Shown here: piece by piece, positions 23,193 through 36,328 of the stretch
How the letters are laid out: each line of letters starts with the position of its first letter
How positions within the stretch are numbered: position 1 is the stretch's first letter
From: Flectonema sp. DT1601
Lineage: Eukaryota
Direction: 5' to 3'
NCBI GenBank assembly: GCA_964019425.1
Contig: OZ025786.1
Coordinates: 1,302,001-1,366,000 of the forward strand
Length of the DNA: 64,000 nt
Notes under the pieces: model-generated
The model's input: only the letters and a program-made list of their open reading frames with translations
Databases searched by the model: none
Told to the model about the DNA's origin: nothing
Translations under genes and position numbers: made by a program

Positions 23193-26100
23193 GTGAACTA
23201 TCCAACCCTTGGACAATTCTGCTTGTCTAGGTTAGGAAGAGCCGACATTGAAGGATCAAAAGCAATGAACGCTTGGCTGGGTTTGCAGGCCCCAAAAGCT
23301 GAACGAAAAAATTGGGCCGTTCGAATCACTAACTTGCATGTTGTCGGTTGCAGTCATCACTCACCTGTCAGCATACTCTTTACCTTAATTACGCTCGATA
23401 TTGTTTCTGAGCCATTCTCTTTTCTATTTTTTTTTTTTTTTATTATTGCTACTTCACAACAAAAAAAAAAAGAAACACCGGGCCGGCGGTGTCATAAAGA
23501 TACTGGCAACCATCTCTCAGCCAACCCAGCCCCCGAGGCTTTGCAAGAGGCTATTTCGAGATCGGCTCTGGATGGGGATAAAACTTTAGTAGCCAAATGT
23601 CCTTTATGTTTTGAGACATACCTCAAAGGTCCAGTTGCGCATTTTAGACGTAACTGTAAGTTTAGTAAGGAATTTAAGGACTATAAGTCACGTTTTCCCC
23701 CATCTACCCACTCCCAAGTTAAAGATTGTTACCACTTACCTTGTCCAGAATGTGGTAAGCTTTTCAAAAGTATCGCTACGAGAGCGAAACACTGTGTTAA
23801 CGGTACATGTAAAGGTACACCTCTGTCTCCCCTCACAGGGAATAATTCAGACCTTGAACCTCCCTTTGTAGGAGAATCTGTAGATTTTAAAACTTCACAA
23901 ACAGCTTTCGTTCCTTATAACTCTACAACACCCACTTTTACCCCGTTACACCCGTCTCGTCTCAAATTCCGATCTTTTGGAACTGAATGGAAGGACATCG
24001 ACGTTTCTGCTGCAGAAAAACTTCAAACTTTCACCGTCGAAACAGAAAACTCTTCAAAACCTGCCGACCAACTTGATAAACTACTCAAAACGGTTTATCA
24101 AATATGTAGCGGTTTCTTTGAAGAAACAAAGCGGAATTTACCCCGCAAACAGAAATCAAGGGAAGAGGTCATCCTCGACCAAGAAAAACTTGAATGTCGT
24201 CTGGAAATGAAACAGCTAAGACAGGAGCTCCGCAAATCTGGGCCTTCTATAGAGAACGCTGTCAAATGGAAAGAGGCAAGAACGAGAATGAAAAGGATTT
24301 TCCGAATGTATCGGAATTTAGAAAAGAAAAATTTATTCAAAAAATTACAAGATAAATTTCGTCAAAATCCGTTTACTGCCATAAAAGAAGAACTCCAAAA
24401 AGAAGATCCTCAACCCCCCTCCCTTGATATTCCAGAGGAAAAAATAATTGAACATTTTAAAAACAATTATTGTGACAATGAAAAAAAAAAAACTGATTTC
24501 ACCCATCCCTCTTTTTTACCTAAGTCTGACTACAAGACAATGGATGATATCCAGTTCCCGAGCTTCGAACAGTTTGGTATTCTCTTATCAAAGAAAAAAA
24601 ACAAATGTGCCCCTGGTCCCAATTGCATACCTTATGTTGTATGGAAAAAGGTCCCAACTTTTATGGAAGCACTTTACAAGGTATTAAAGAGAATTTTCGA
24701 ACTCAAGGCCTATCCGGATAGTTGGGGCTTAGCATTTGTAACAATGCTCCCAAAGCCCAACTCCGATGGGAAAGACATCTCGAAAACGAGACCGATAGCT
24801 GTGGGCAACTGCGACGGGAAAATTTTTAATACGGTTATTCAGGAAGCTGTCGCAAGCCACACTCTTTCTAAATTTAATTTTCAAAAAGGCTTTAGGAAAG
24901 GTGTCTCTGGATGTATCGAACATGCCACGATCACCTCAGAGATTTTTAAAGAAGTGAAAGCTCTCCGGAAAAACCTAACAATTGTCTGGGTGGATTTGGC
25001 AGATGCTTTCGGCTCAGTCAAACATCAATTAATTTTCTTTGCTTTAAAATATTTCGGAATTCACGAAAGAATAATCGGTTTCTATAAAAGGTATTATTCC
25101 TCCATGCGCGTCCAAATCAGAGTTGGAGAAGGCCTGACGCCCACTATCCCTTTTGAAGTTGGTGTCTTTCAAGGCTGCGTTTCCTCCCCAACCCTTTTTA
25201 ATTTGGTATTCCAACTACTGCTCTTTTCCTTAGCAGTTCATCAACAGGAAGCCTACGAGTTTAACAATAAATCCCTCCAACTATTAGTTGCAGCTTTTGC
25301 TGATGATTTACAACTTACCACGTCATCAAAGGCGGGGGCAAAATTGCTAATCAAGTCGCTCGAACAGTTTCTTTCCTGGTCTCGAGGTATGAAAGCGAAA
25401 CCCCAGAAATGCATTGCCCACAGCTTTGTACAAGGGAAACCAGCTAACCCGGACCTGAAGATTAACAATGTTCCGATTACGAATCTCCAGGAAGCTGGAG
25501 AGTTCAAATACCTCGGGCGTTGGTTTGAGCCGAACGCCAAAGAACAGAAATTGCGAGAGCGCCTGACCACTTTTACCAGGAATTTTTTAAAAAAAGTCGA
25601 CGCCATGCCACTATATGGGTCTCAGAAGGCTTGGTCTGTCCAACACTTGTTATTGTCAAGGTTAACATGGAGTTTGATGATCCATGACTTATCTCTCCCT
25701 TTTGCCAAAAAAATGGACAAAATTATTAACCTTTTTTGAAGAAATGGTGGGGATTTGTCCGCTCTGCGAACACAGTCATCCTTTTTACCGGTTCAAAGAA
25801 CACTGTTGGTCTCAGACACAAAAGAGTTGAGACGCTATATAAACAAGCGCAATCAATTAAACTAGACATCCTCAGATCCTCACAGGACTCTGACATGCAC
25901 GGTGTCTACAATGTTATTATGGAGAAATCGTCCAACTGGTCGAAAAAGTTTTCAGCTTCTGCTGAGTGGGAGCGCCTTATTAAGTTTTTTTCTTACCGTT
26001 CTCTTGCGAAGCAATCAGCTGGTCTTGGTCACCGATTGCGCGATCTACGTACTACTCGCCCCGATCTCCTTAAGCGTTTTGAAGTGGAAGCCACAGATGA

Positions 26101-28253
26101 ACTACTGAACTCTTTGAATAAATTACAAGTCCAAGGTCAATGGAAGGAGTGGTCTAAATGTATGATAAACGACTTCACCTGGAATAAGGTACTTAGGGAG
26201 GGAAATCCTGCCTATATCTCATTTCAACTGAAAGCGGTTACAAACACCCTCCCCTCACAAGATAATTTAAAGAGGTGGAACATCACCAATGTGGACCAAA
26301 ATTGTGTTTTGTGTGGCAAAGTGAATCCTACCCTCAGGCATGTCTTAACAGGCTGTCCTGTCTCTTTAACACAAGGGAGGTTCACGTGGCGTCACGACAG
26401 CGTTCTAAAACGCATTGTTATCTTCTTGGAAGAGTTGATAATAAAAGCCAACAAAAGAAAAGAAAACCTCCCGCCTCCCTCTCAAACTTTTTTAAAAACA
26501 GGGGAAAATAAACCCCTAGAAAGAATTTCTAAAGAGACAGGCGAACTTTCACTAGCGAATGATTGGGTCATCCTCGACGATGTCGGTGATAACCGCCTAA
26601 TTGTTCCTCTTGAAGTGTGCCATGTCTCGTCCTCTCTAAGACCAGACATTTTTATTTATTCTTTTTTTGCGAAAAGAGCACTGATTTTGGAGCTGACGTG
26701 TCCAAATGAAGATCGTTTCGAAACCTCTCATGTCTTAAAGGAAAAGAAATACCTAAAGCTAAGAGACTCGATCATCGCTAATGGCTTCGACTGTAACATT
26801 TTTACTATTGAAGTTGGCGTACGAGGAAACATCTGCATGGACCAGCTGAACATCTGGACACGTCACATCGGTTCACCTTTAGCACCAACAAAAGCTTTAT
26901 TTTGTGAATGCACCAGAATCGCCAGACAGTGCTCATATGTTCTGTTCCAGACGAGGAACCTCCCCACGTGGCATTCAAGACCACTAATGCGCAGCATTAA
27001 AGAAGAACCTGCCACTGCAAGTTTTATAAAAGATGGTAAAGAAATCTTCCCTGTGGAAGAAGTCAAAATCCACAAAATAACAAAACTGAAAACGATCGAA
27101 AAGCTCACCATTGAAAGATCGTGGCTTGAGAAATGTTTTATCTGGCAAACTTGTTACGCATCGGCTCTTTCTATTCTACTTATTGCCAATGGTTCTTCCT
27201 CCCCGGCCCCTTCTGTTTTGTTAGATGAGGATGAGCTCACTGGACTCTCCTTGTCATTCTCTTCTATTTCTTCCATCTCTTTCCAGACTCCCCCACCTGA
27301 ACTCATGTCAACGGGATCGCAAACACTTCCTGCTGATTTCGCTATACTGCAACTGGAAATATTACTGCGCGGAAAAAACCGCACTAATTTCCAAATCTGC
27401 AAAAAACCGCACTAATTTTTCCACGCAGTAATATTTCCACCGCACTAATATTTCTGCTCAGAAGTGATTTTTTCTCCAGATGCATTTTTCTGCTGGTGCC
27501 TTACACAGCAAAAAAGCAACCAAATTTTTTTCTACCACCAGGTGGAAAAAACCGCGCTAATCTTTTCTCAAAAAAACCGCACTAATTTTTCCGCGCAGTA
27601 ATATTTCCCCGCAGTAATTATTCAGCGCAGTAATATTTCCAGTTGCAGTAGTGATAAGAACTCAATCTGACATGGGTTCTCAAACCCCCTTGTACAAAAA
27701 AAAAGAAGGAAAATTAAGGCTGAAACTTTCCTTGAAATGCCAGATTTTAGAAAACGAACTAGAACAAATGAAAGAACGAATGTTTTATGTTCTATTTTTA
27801 TTTTACTTTAATGCGATGTCAGCCTCCCTCGAGAAAGACAAGCAGTTACTAAATGGATTACCTGTTGAGATCAAAGCTACCAACCAGGATCCATCCTCAC
27901 TTCCTCCTGCACCCCCTGTTTTAATTATTGAAAAAGATAGAAAAGAATATGAACTTCTGGAAGGAGTAATTCAACGGTTAACAGCAGAACGCGATGAATC
28001 GAAGACTTCTCTTTCTGCACTAGTTCGACAATATGACTTAGTGGAAGATTACAGGAAACGTGAGCTCGCAAATCTGACTCAGAGAGCAGACCTATCGGAA
28101 ATGGCGCTCTTTAATTACCATCAAAGGTTTGTTCTTCTGTCGAACGAATTGGAGACCAAATGTAATGAGGAAAGAGAAAGTAAAATAAGACTTTTCTATA
28201 CTCAACAGGAGGTCGAGAGTTTGCGTGCCGCGCGTCCCCGTATGACCCACTTT
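23193..28253 (+). mobile_element. H copy 1 (outer): HERO-like R2-group non-LTR retrotransposon ORF, disrupted
   Basis: N-terminal Zn fingers (CPLC..HFRRNC; CPECGKLF..HC); RT (APGPN, RPIA, FQKGF, DLADAFGSV, GVFQGCVSSP, FADD, FKYLG); CVLC..HVLTGC; QGRFTWRHD; RPD..LELTCP..KKY..EVGVRG. One-base deletion near 25729 and a MITE at 27347. Confidence 0.9.
27347..27648. mobile_element. 302-bp MITE with TA target duplication (Tc1/mariner-type)
   Basis: 24-bp perfect TIR CTGCAACTGGAAATATTACTGCGC; empty site GCTATAGTG visible at ~32706 and ~42079; internal AAAAAACCGCACTAAT repeats. Confidence 0.9.
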
Positions 28254-30934
28254 TACCAGGAATTTTTTAAAAAAAGTCGACGCCATGCCACTATATGGGT
28301 CTCAGAAGGCTTGGTCTGTCCAACACTTGTTATTGTCAAGGTTAACATGGAGTTTAATGATCCATGACTTATCTCTCCCTTTTGCCAAAAAATTGGACAA
28401 AATTATTAAACCTTTTTTGAAGAAATGGTGGGGATTTGTCCGCTCTGCGAACACAGTCATCCTTTTTACCGGTTCAAAGAACACTGTTGGTCTCAGACAC
28501 AAAAGAGTTGAGACGCTATATAAACAAGCGCAATCAATTAAACTAGACATCCTCAGATCCTCACAGGACTCTGACATGCACGGTGTCTACAATGTTATTA
28601 TGGAGAAATCGTCCAATTGGTCGAAAAAGTTTTCAGCTTCTGCTGAGTGGGAGCGCCTTATTAAGTTTTTTTCTTACCGTTCTCTTGCGAAGCAATCAGC
28701 TGGTCTTGGTCACCGATTGCGCGATCTACGTACTACTCGCCCCGATCTCCTTAAGCGTTTTGAAGTGGAAGCCACAGATGAACTACTGAACTCTTTGAAT
28801 AAATTACAAGTCCAAGGTCAGTGGAAGGAGTGGTCTAAATGTATGATAAACGACTTCACCTGGAATAAGGTACTTAGGGAGGGAAATCCTGCCTATATCT
28901 CATTTCAACTGAAAGCGGTTACAAACACCCTCCCCTCACAAGATAATTTAAAGAGGTGGAACATCACCAATGTGGACCAAAATTGTGTTTTGTGTGGCAA
29001 AGTGAATCCTACCCTCAGGCATGTCTTAACAGGCTGTCCTGTCTCTTTAACACAAGGGAGGTTCACGTGGCGTCACGACAGCGTTCTAAAACGCATTGTT
29101 ATCTTCTTGGAAGAGTTGATAATAAAAGCCAACAAAAGAAAAGAAAACCTCCCGCCTCCCTCTCAAACTTTTTTAAAAACAGGGGAAAATAAACCCCTAG
29201 AAAGAATTTCTAAAGAGACAGGCGAACTTTCACTAGCGAATGATTGGGTCATCCTCGACGATGTCGGTGATAACCGCCTAATTGTTCCTCTTGAAGTGTG
29301 CCATGTCTCGTCCTCTCTAAGACCAGACATTTTTATTTATTCTTTTTTTGCGAAAAGAGCACTGATTTTGGAGCTGACGTGTCCAAATGAAGATCGTTTC
29401 GAAACCTCTCATGTCTTAAAGGAAAAGAAATACCTAAAGCTAAGAGACTCGATCATCGCTAATGGCTTCGACTGTAACATTTTTACTATTGAAGTTGGCG
29501 TACGAGGAAACATCTGCATGGACCAGCTGAACATCTGGACACGTCACATCGGTTCACCTTTAGCACCAACAAAAGCTTTATTTTGTGAATGCACCAGAAT
29601 CGCCAGACAGTGCTCATATGTTCTGTTCCAGACGAGGAACCTCCCCACGTGGCATTCAAGACCACTAATGCGCAGCATTAAAGAAGAACCTGCCACTGCA
29701 AGTTTTATAAAAGATGGTAAAGAAATCTTCCCTGTGGAAGAAGTCAAAATCCACAAAATAACAAAACTGAAAACGATCGAAAAGCTCACCATTGAAAGAT
29801 CGTGGCTTGAGAAATGTTTTATCTGGCAAACTTGTTACGCATCGGCTCTTTCTATTCTACTTATTGCCAATGGTTCTTCCTCCCCGGCCCCTTCTGTTTT
29901 GTTAGATGAGGATGAGCTCACTGGACTCTCCTTGTCATTCTCTTCTATTTCTTCCATCTCTTTCCAGACTCCCCCACCTGAACTCATGTCAACGGGATCG
30001 CAAACACTTCCTGCTGATTTCGCTATACTGCAACTGGAAATATTACTGCGCGGAAAAAACCGCACTAATTTCCAAATCTGCAAAAAACCGCACTAATTTT
30101 TCCACGCAGTAATATTTCCACCGCACTAATATTTCTGCTCAGAAGTGATTTTTTCTCCAGATGCATTTTTCTGCTGGTGCCTTACACAGCAAAAAAGCAA
30201 CCAAATTTTTTTCTACCACCAGGTGGAAAAAACCGCGCTAATCTTTTCTCAAAAAAACCGCACTAATTTTTCCGCGCAGTAATATTTCCCCGCAGTAATT
30301 ATTCAGCGCAGTAATATTTCCAGTTGCAGTAGTGATAAGAACTCAATCTGACATGGGTTCTCAAACCCCCTTGTACAAAAAAAAAGAAGGAAAATTAAGG
30401 CTGAAACTTTCCTTGAAATGCCAGATTTTAGAAAACGAACTAGAACAAATGAAAGAACGAATGTTTTATGTTCTATTTTTATTTTACTTTAATGCGATGT
30501 CAGCCTCCCTCGAGAAAGACAAGCAGTTACTAAATGGATTACCTGTTGAGATCAAAGCTACCAACCAGGATCCATCCTCACTTCCTCCTGCACCCCCTGT
30601 TTTAATTATTGAAAAAGATAGAAAAGAATATGAACTTCTGGAAGGAGTAATTCAACGGTTAACAGCAGAACGCGATGAATCGAAGACTTCTCTTTCTGCA
30701 CTAGTTCGACAATATGACTTAGTGGAAGATTACAGGAAACGTGAGCTCGCAAATCTGACTCAGAGAGCAGACCTATCGGAAATGGCGCTCTTTAATTACC
30801 ATCAAAGGTTTGTTCTTCTGTCGAACGAATTGGAGACCAAATGTAATGAGGAAAGAGAAAGTAAAATAAGACTTTTCTATACTCAACAGGAGGTCGAGAG
30901 TTTGCGTGCCGCGCGTCCCCGTATGACCCACTTT
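28254..30934 (+). repeat. 2,681-bp tandem duplication of the H ORF segment, including the MITE
   Basis: Identical junction CCCACTTT|TACCAGG at 28253 and 30934; ORF starts at 28285 and 30966 differ by 2,681. Confidence 0.9.
30028..30329. mobile_element. 302-bp MITE, duplicated copy
   Basis: Same TIRs and same site as 27347. Confidence 0.9.
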
Positions 30935-33900
30935 TACCAGGAATTTTTTAAAAAAAGTCGACGCCATGCCACTATATGGGTCTCAGAAGGCTTGGTCTGT
31001 CCAACACTTGTTATTGTCAAGGTTAACATGGAGTTTAATGATCCATGACTTATCTCTCCCTTTTGCCAAAAAATTGGACAAAATTATTAAACCTTTTTTG
31101 AAGAAATGGTGGGGATTTGTCCGCTCTGCGAACACAGTCATCCTTTTTACCGGTTCAAAGAACACTGTTGGTCTCAGACACAAAAGAGTTGAGACGCTAT
31201 ATAAACAAGCGCAATCAATTAAACTAGACATCCTCAGATCCTCACAGGACTCTGACATGCACGGTGTCTACAATGTTATTATGGAGAAATCGTCCAATTG
31301 GTCGAAAAAGTTTTCAGCTTCTGCTGAGTGGGAGCGCCTTATTAAGTTTTTTTCTTACCGTTCTCTTGCGAAGCAATCAGCTGGTCTTGGTCACCGATTG
31401 CGCGATCTACGTACTACTCGCCCCGATCTCCTTAAGCGTTTTGAAGTGGAAGCCACAGATGAACTACTGAACTCTTTGAATAAATTACAAGTCCAAGGTC
31501 AGTGGAAGGAGTGGTCTAAATGTATGATAAACGACTTCACCTGGAATAAGGTACTTAGGGAGGGAAATCCTGCCTATATCTCATTTCAACTGAAAGCGGT
31601 TACAAACACCCTCCCCTCACAAGATAATTTAAAGAGGTGGAACATCACCAATGTGGACCAAAATTGTGTTTTGTGTGGCAAAGTGAATCCTACCCTCAGG
31701 CATGTCTTAACAGGCTGTCCTGTCTCTTTAACACAAGGGAGGTTCACGTGGCGTCACGACAGCGTTCTAAAACGCATTGTTATCTTCTTGGAAGAGTTGA
31801 TAATAAAAGCCAACAAAAGAAAAGAAAACCTCCCGCCTCCCTCTCAAACTTTTTTAAAAACAGGGGAAAATAAACCCCTAGAAAGAATTTCTAAAGAGAC
31901 AGGCGAACTCTCACTAGCGAATGATTGGGTCATCCTCGACGATGTCGGTGATAACCGCCTAATTGTTCCTCTTGAAGTGTGCCATGTCTCGTCCTCTCTA
32001 AGACCAGACATTTTTATTTATTCTTTTTTTGCGAAAAGAGCACTGATTCTGGAGCTGACGTGTCCAAATGAAGATCGTTTCGAAACCTCTCATGTCTTAA
32101 AGGAAAAGAAATACCTAAAGCTAAGAGACTCGATCATCGCTAATGGCTTCGACTGTAACATTTTTACTATTGAAGTTGGCGTACGAGGAAACATCTGCAT
32201 GGACCAGCTGAACATCTGGACACGTCACATCGGTTCACCTTTAGCACCAACAAAAGCTTTATTTTGTGAATGCACCAGAATCGCCAGACAGTGCTCATAT
32301 GTTCTGTTCCAGACGAGGAACCTCCCCACGTGGCATTCAAGACCACTAATGCGCAGCATTAAAGAAGAACCTGCCACCGCAAGTTTTATAAAAGATGGTA
32401 AAGAAATCTTCCCTGTGGAAGAAGTCAAAATCCACAAAGTAACAAAACTGAAAACGATCGAAAAGCTCACCATTGAAAGATCGTGGCTTGAGAAATGTTT
32501 TATCTGGCAAACTTGTTACGCATCGGCTCTTTCTATTCTACTCATTGCCAATGGTTCTTCTTCCTCCCCGGCCCCTTCTTTTTTGTTAGATGAGGATGAG
32601 CTCACTGGACTCTCCTTGTCATTCTCTTCTATTTCTTCCATCTCTCTCCAGAATTCCCCACCTGAACTCATGTCAACGGGATCGCAAACACTTCCTGCTG
32701 ATTTCGCTATAGTGATAAGAAGTCAATCTGACATGGGTTCCCAAACCCCCTTGTACAATAAAAAAGAAGGAAGATTAAGGCTGAAACTTTCCTTGAAATG
32801 CCAGATTTTAGAAAACGAACTAGAACAAATGAAAGAACGAATGTTTTATGTTCTATTTTTATTTTACTTTAATGCGATGTCAGCCTCCCTTGAGAATGAC
32901 AAGCAGCTACTGAATGGATTGTCTATTGAGAACAAAGCATCCAAACAACGGGCCGCCGAGAGTGTATCTCACAGCCCACTCCCTTTAAATCTATCCGCAC
33001 CCCCATCTGTCTTTAACGTAGAAACGGAACAGAAAAAACGTGAACTATTGGAAAAAGAGAATCAACACCTGATCGCTGAATGTGATTTAGTGAAAAGTTC
33101 TCTTCTCTCATTAGTTCAAAGAACTAACTCTCTGGAGGAAAAAAGGACGAGCGAGCTGGCGCGACAATCACAAAGAGCGGACCACGCTGAAATGTTTTAT
33201 TTCAACTTACAACAAAGGTTCATTCTATTAAACAATGAATTAGAATCTAAGTGTAGGGACGAAACTGGAACAAAAATTCAACTCTATTTGTCTCAACAAG
33301 AGGTCGCAACATTGCGTGCTGGCCCTCAACTGTCCCATTTTTCCCAACAATTTTCCCCAACACCCCCTTTTTTATTCGAATCAACGTCCACGGTAAAGAA
33401 TTATCGACTCCCTCTCATCGCAACAACCTATTACTCCTGGACTCCCAAACCCCGTCTTTCCTTTTTTTTTAAACCTCATTCTCCATTGATCACGTTCCCT
33501 TCTGAACTGTCTCAAAGTAGACTACTGGTATCGTCTTCTGCTCAAACGGAACAAGAAAAAGACAGTGCGGCGACCTCATCGACGGAAGATTCACCTATTG
33601 CGAGGCAATGGTCCGAAGGTAGACTCGATTTACTGGACAACTACTGTCAAGCGGTAAGTGACTCTCTCCAGACAAATGAGAAAGTGGCGCTGCTCTCGGA
33701 AAAACTAGTGGAAGAGCAACGTCGATGCTCCGAGTTGAGCTATCAACAGAAGACTATCCATAAAGAACAACTGGATCATTCCATGTTGTTGATGGAGATG
33801 GCCAGTGAGCTCTCTGAGCAACTCTATTTGGCAAAAGACCAAAACAGAGCTCTCAAATTTCAGTTACAAACATGGGCAAATGGTTTTAACCCACCCGAAA

Positions 33901-34505
33901 AGGAAGCGCAAGAAGAAAATGAGACCCCAAAGCGTCCGAGGGAGCGCCTATCCCAAAAAAAGCGAACTCCACCCTCAACGAATCCTCATGATCGCAGAAG
34001 AATCTTTTTAGATGACGATTGCTAAGTTCTAGTTTCTATTAGTATTAAATTATTTGTATTATTTTGTCGATATGTTTATGTCTGTCCGATCATAACGTCA
34101 ATCAGATTAATTGTTAATTGTAATTGGTTTGAGCGCTTATCAAAAAAAAAAAAAAGCGAACTCCAACCTCAACGAACTTTCATGATCGCAGAAGAATCTT
34201 TTTAGATGACGATTGCTAAGTTCTAGTTTCTATTAGTATTTATTTATTTGTATTATTTTGTCGATATGTTTATGTCCGTCAGATCATAACGTTAATCAGA
34301 TTAATTGTCAATTGTTAATTGTAAATGGTCTAAACCCCAATCCAAGTTCCCAAGGCTTGGCATAGATTTGAGTGACGCCTTACTGGCCTCCTCATCCTCT
34401 ATGAGTGGTGAGGGGGCCAGCAATGGTTTTTTTTTTTTTTCTCTTATTTCCTTTTTTCTTTTTCTTTTACTCTAATAGGAAATATTTTTGAACAAAATGT
34501 GATTA

Positions 34506-34540
<35 letters not shown>

Positions 34541-36297
34541 AATGAATAATAAAAAAAAAAAAAAAAAAAAAAACATGCCTTGGGAATACAACCAAAGCCC
34601 CAATTAATCGGTCCTTTCTTTTTTCCTTCTTGTCAAGTGATCGCTCCACTCGTCGATCACCAAAACCGATTGTATTTATATCTGTTCTTTTCTCAACGAT
34701 CGGCTATACCGATCTTTTTTTTAAAAATAATTGTTTTCTTCTTCTCGACGATCAGATCCAATTGATCGACCTTTTCTTTTTTTTTCCTTTATTCCTTCCA
34801 TCCCTCCCGCTCCCCTTATTTTAATAAAAACAAGATCAGCACAGCTTGATCGTTAAACTTTTTTTATTTATTTATTTTTTTTTTTTTTTTTATTTAAACT
34901 GATTGTATTTATATCTGGTTATTTTTCTCAACGATCGGCTATGCCGATCGACCATTAAAATAATTGTCTTCTTCTTCTCGACGACCAGATCCAATTGATC
35001 GACCTTTTCTTTTTTTTTCCTTTATTCCTTCCATCCCTCCCGCTCCCCTTATTTTAATAAAAACAAGATCAGCTCAGCTTGATCGTTATTTATTTATTTA
35101 TTTATTTTTTTTTTTTTTTTGTTGGTCCTAGTCAAGACCTTAAACTGACTAATCGGTCTTAACTTTAACTAAGTGAATGAACCCTTTCCGTTTTCCTTTT
35201 CCCTTTATTACTCTCTATCTGGTCTGTTATGTCATAAATCTCATTTAATTTTATCATTCATTTTAATTTTCACTGTTTCCCATCTACATTTTATTTTCAA
35301 ATAGTTCCGGTCTGTCTCTGATGTTAAATAAAACTGATCATGTTAACTCAATATTTTTTTTTATTATGTGCAAGAGATACCAACACGCAAGAGATACCAA
35401 CGCACATACGAGATACCAGCACTTCCGAGATACCGACACACAAGAGATACCAAGACACTTAAGATACCAGCAAGGACAGTGAGAGGTAGAATGAACTCTC
35501 CTCCTTGTGTCCGATCCTGATTATTTTTTGTTGAATTGGTAGTGTTACCTCAGTTTGCTACTCTCGTATCTGTGTTGTGTTAACTCATGTAAGTGATCTT
35601 AACTCCTGTTAAATAAAAAAAAAATTTCAAAAAAAAAGAAATTAAAAAAGAAGAATTTTCAAATGAAGTTATATCAACCCCTGCCACCCATTATGATCAA
35701 TTCCGCTTGTTTTTTTTTTTTTTTTTTTTTTTTTCTTCTTTCTTTTCTTCAAATATAAAAAAAAATTAAAAAATATAAAAGATGAAACAATGTTATCATT
35801 GTTTTTTTTATCGATCGACTATGTCGATTACTTCCAGTTTTCCGTCCTGGTCAAGACGCTAAACTGATTGTTTTTTTTTTTTTTTTTAAAAAATTAATAA
35901 AAAGAATATAAAAAAAAAAAAAAAAGAATAAACAATGTTATCATTGTTTTTTTTTATCGTTCGACTTTGTCGACTAATTTCTATTTTCCGTTTCTTTTCT
36001 TTAAATAATAAATAAAAAGAATTTAAAATAAAAAAAAAGAATAAACAATGTTATCATTGTTTTTTTATCGATCGACTATGTCGATTACTTTCTATTTTCC
36101 GTCCTGGTCAAGACGCTAAACTGATTGTTTTTTTTTCAAAATTAATAAAAAAGAATAAAAAAAAAAAAAAAAAAAAAAAGAATAAACAATGTTATCATTG
36201 TTTTTTTATCGATCGACTATGTCGATCACTTTCTATTTTCCGTCCTGGTCAAGACGCTAAACTGATTGTTTTTTTTTTCAAAATTAATAAAAAAGAA

Positions 36298-36328
<31 letters not shown>

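Noticed and set aside
25720..25740. Programmed frameshift between the 848-aa and 559-aa ORFs
   Set aside because: The other three copies have one more A and read through, so this is a mutation or sequencing error.
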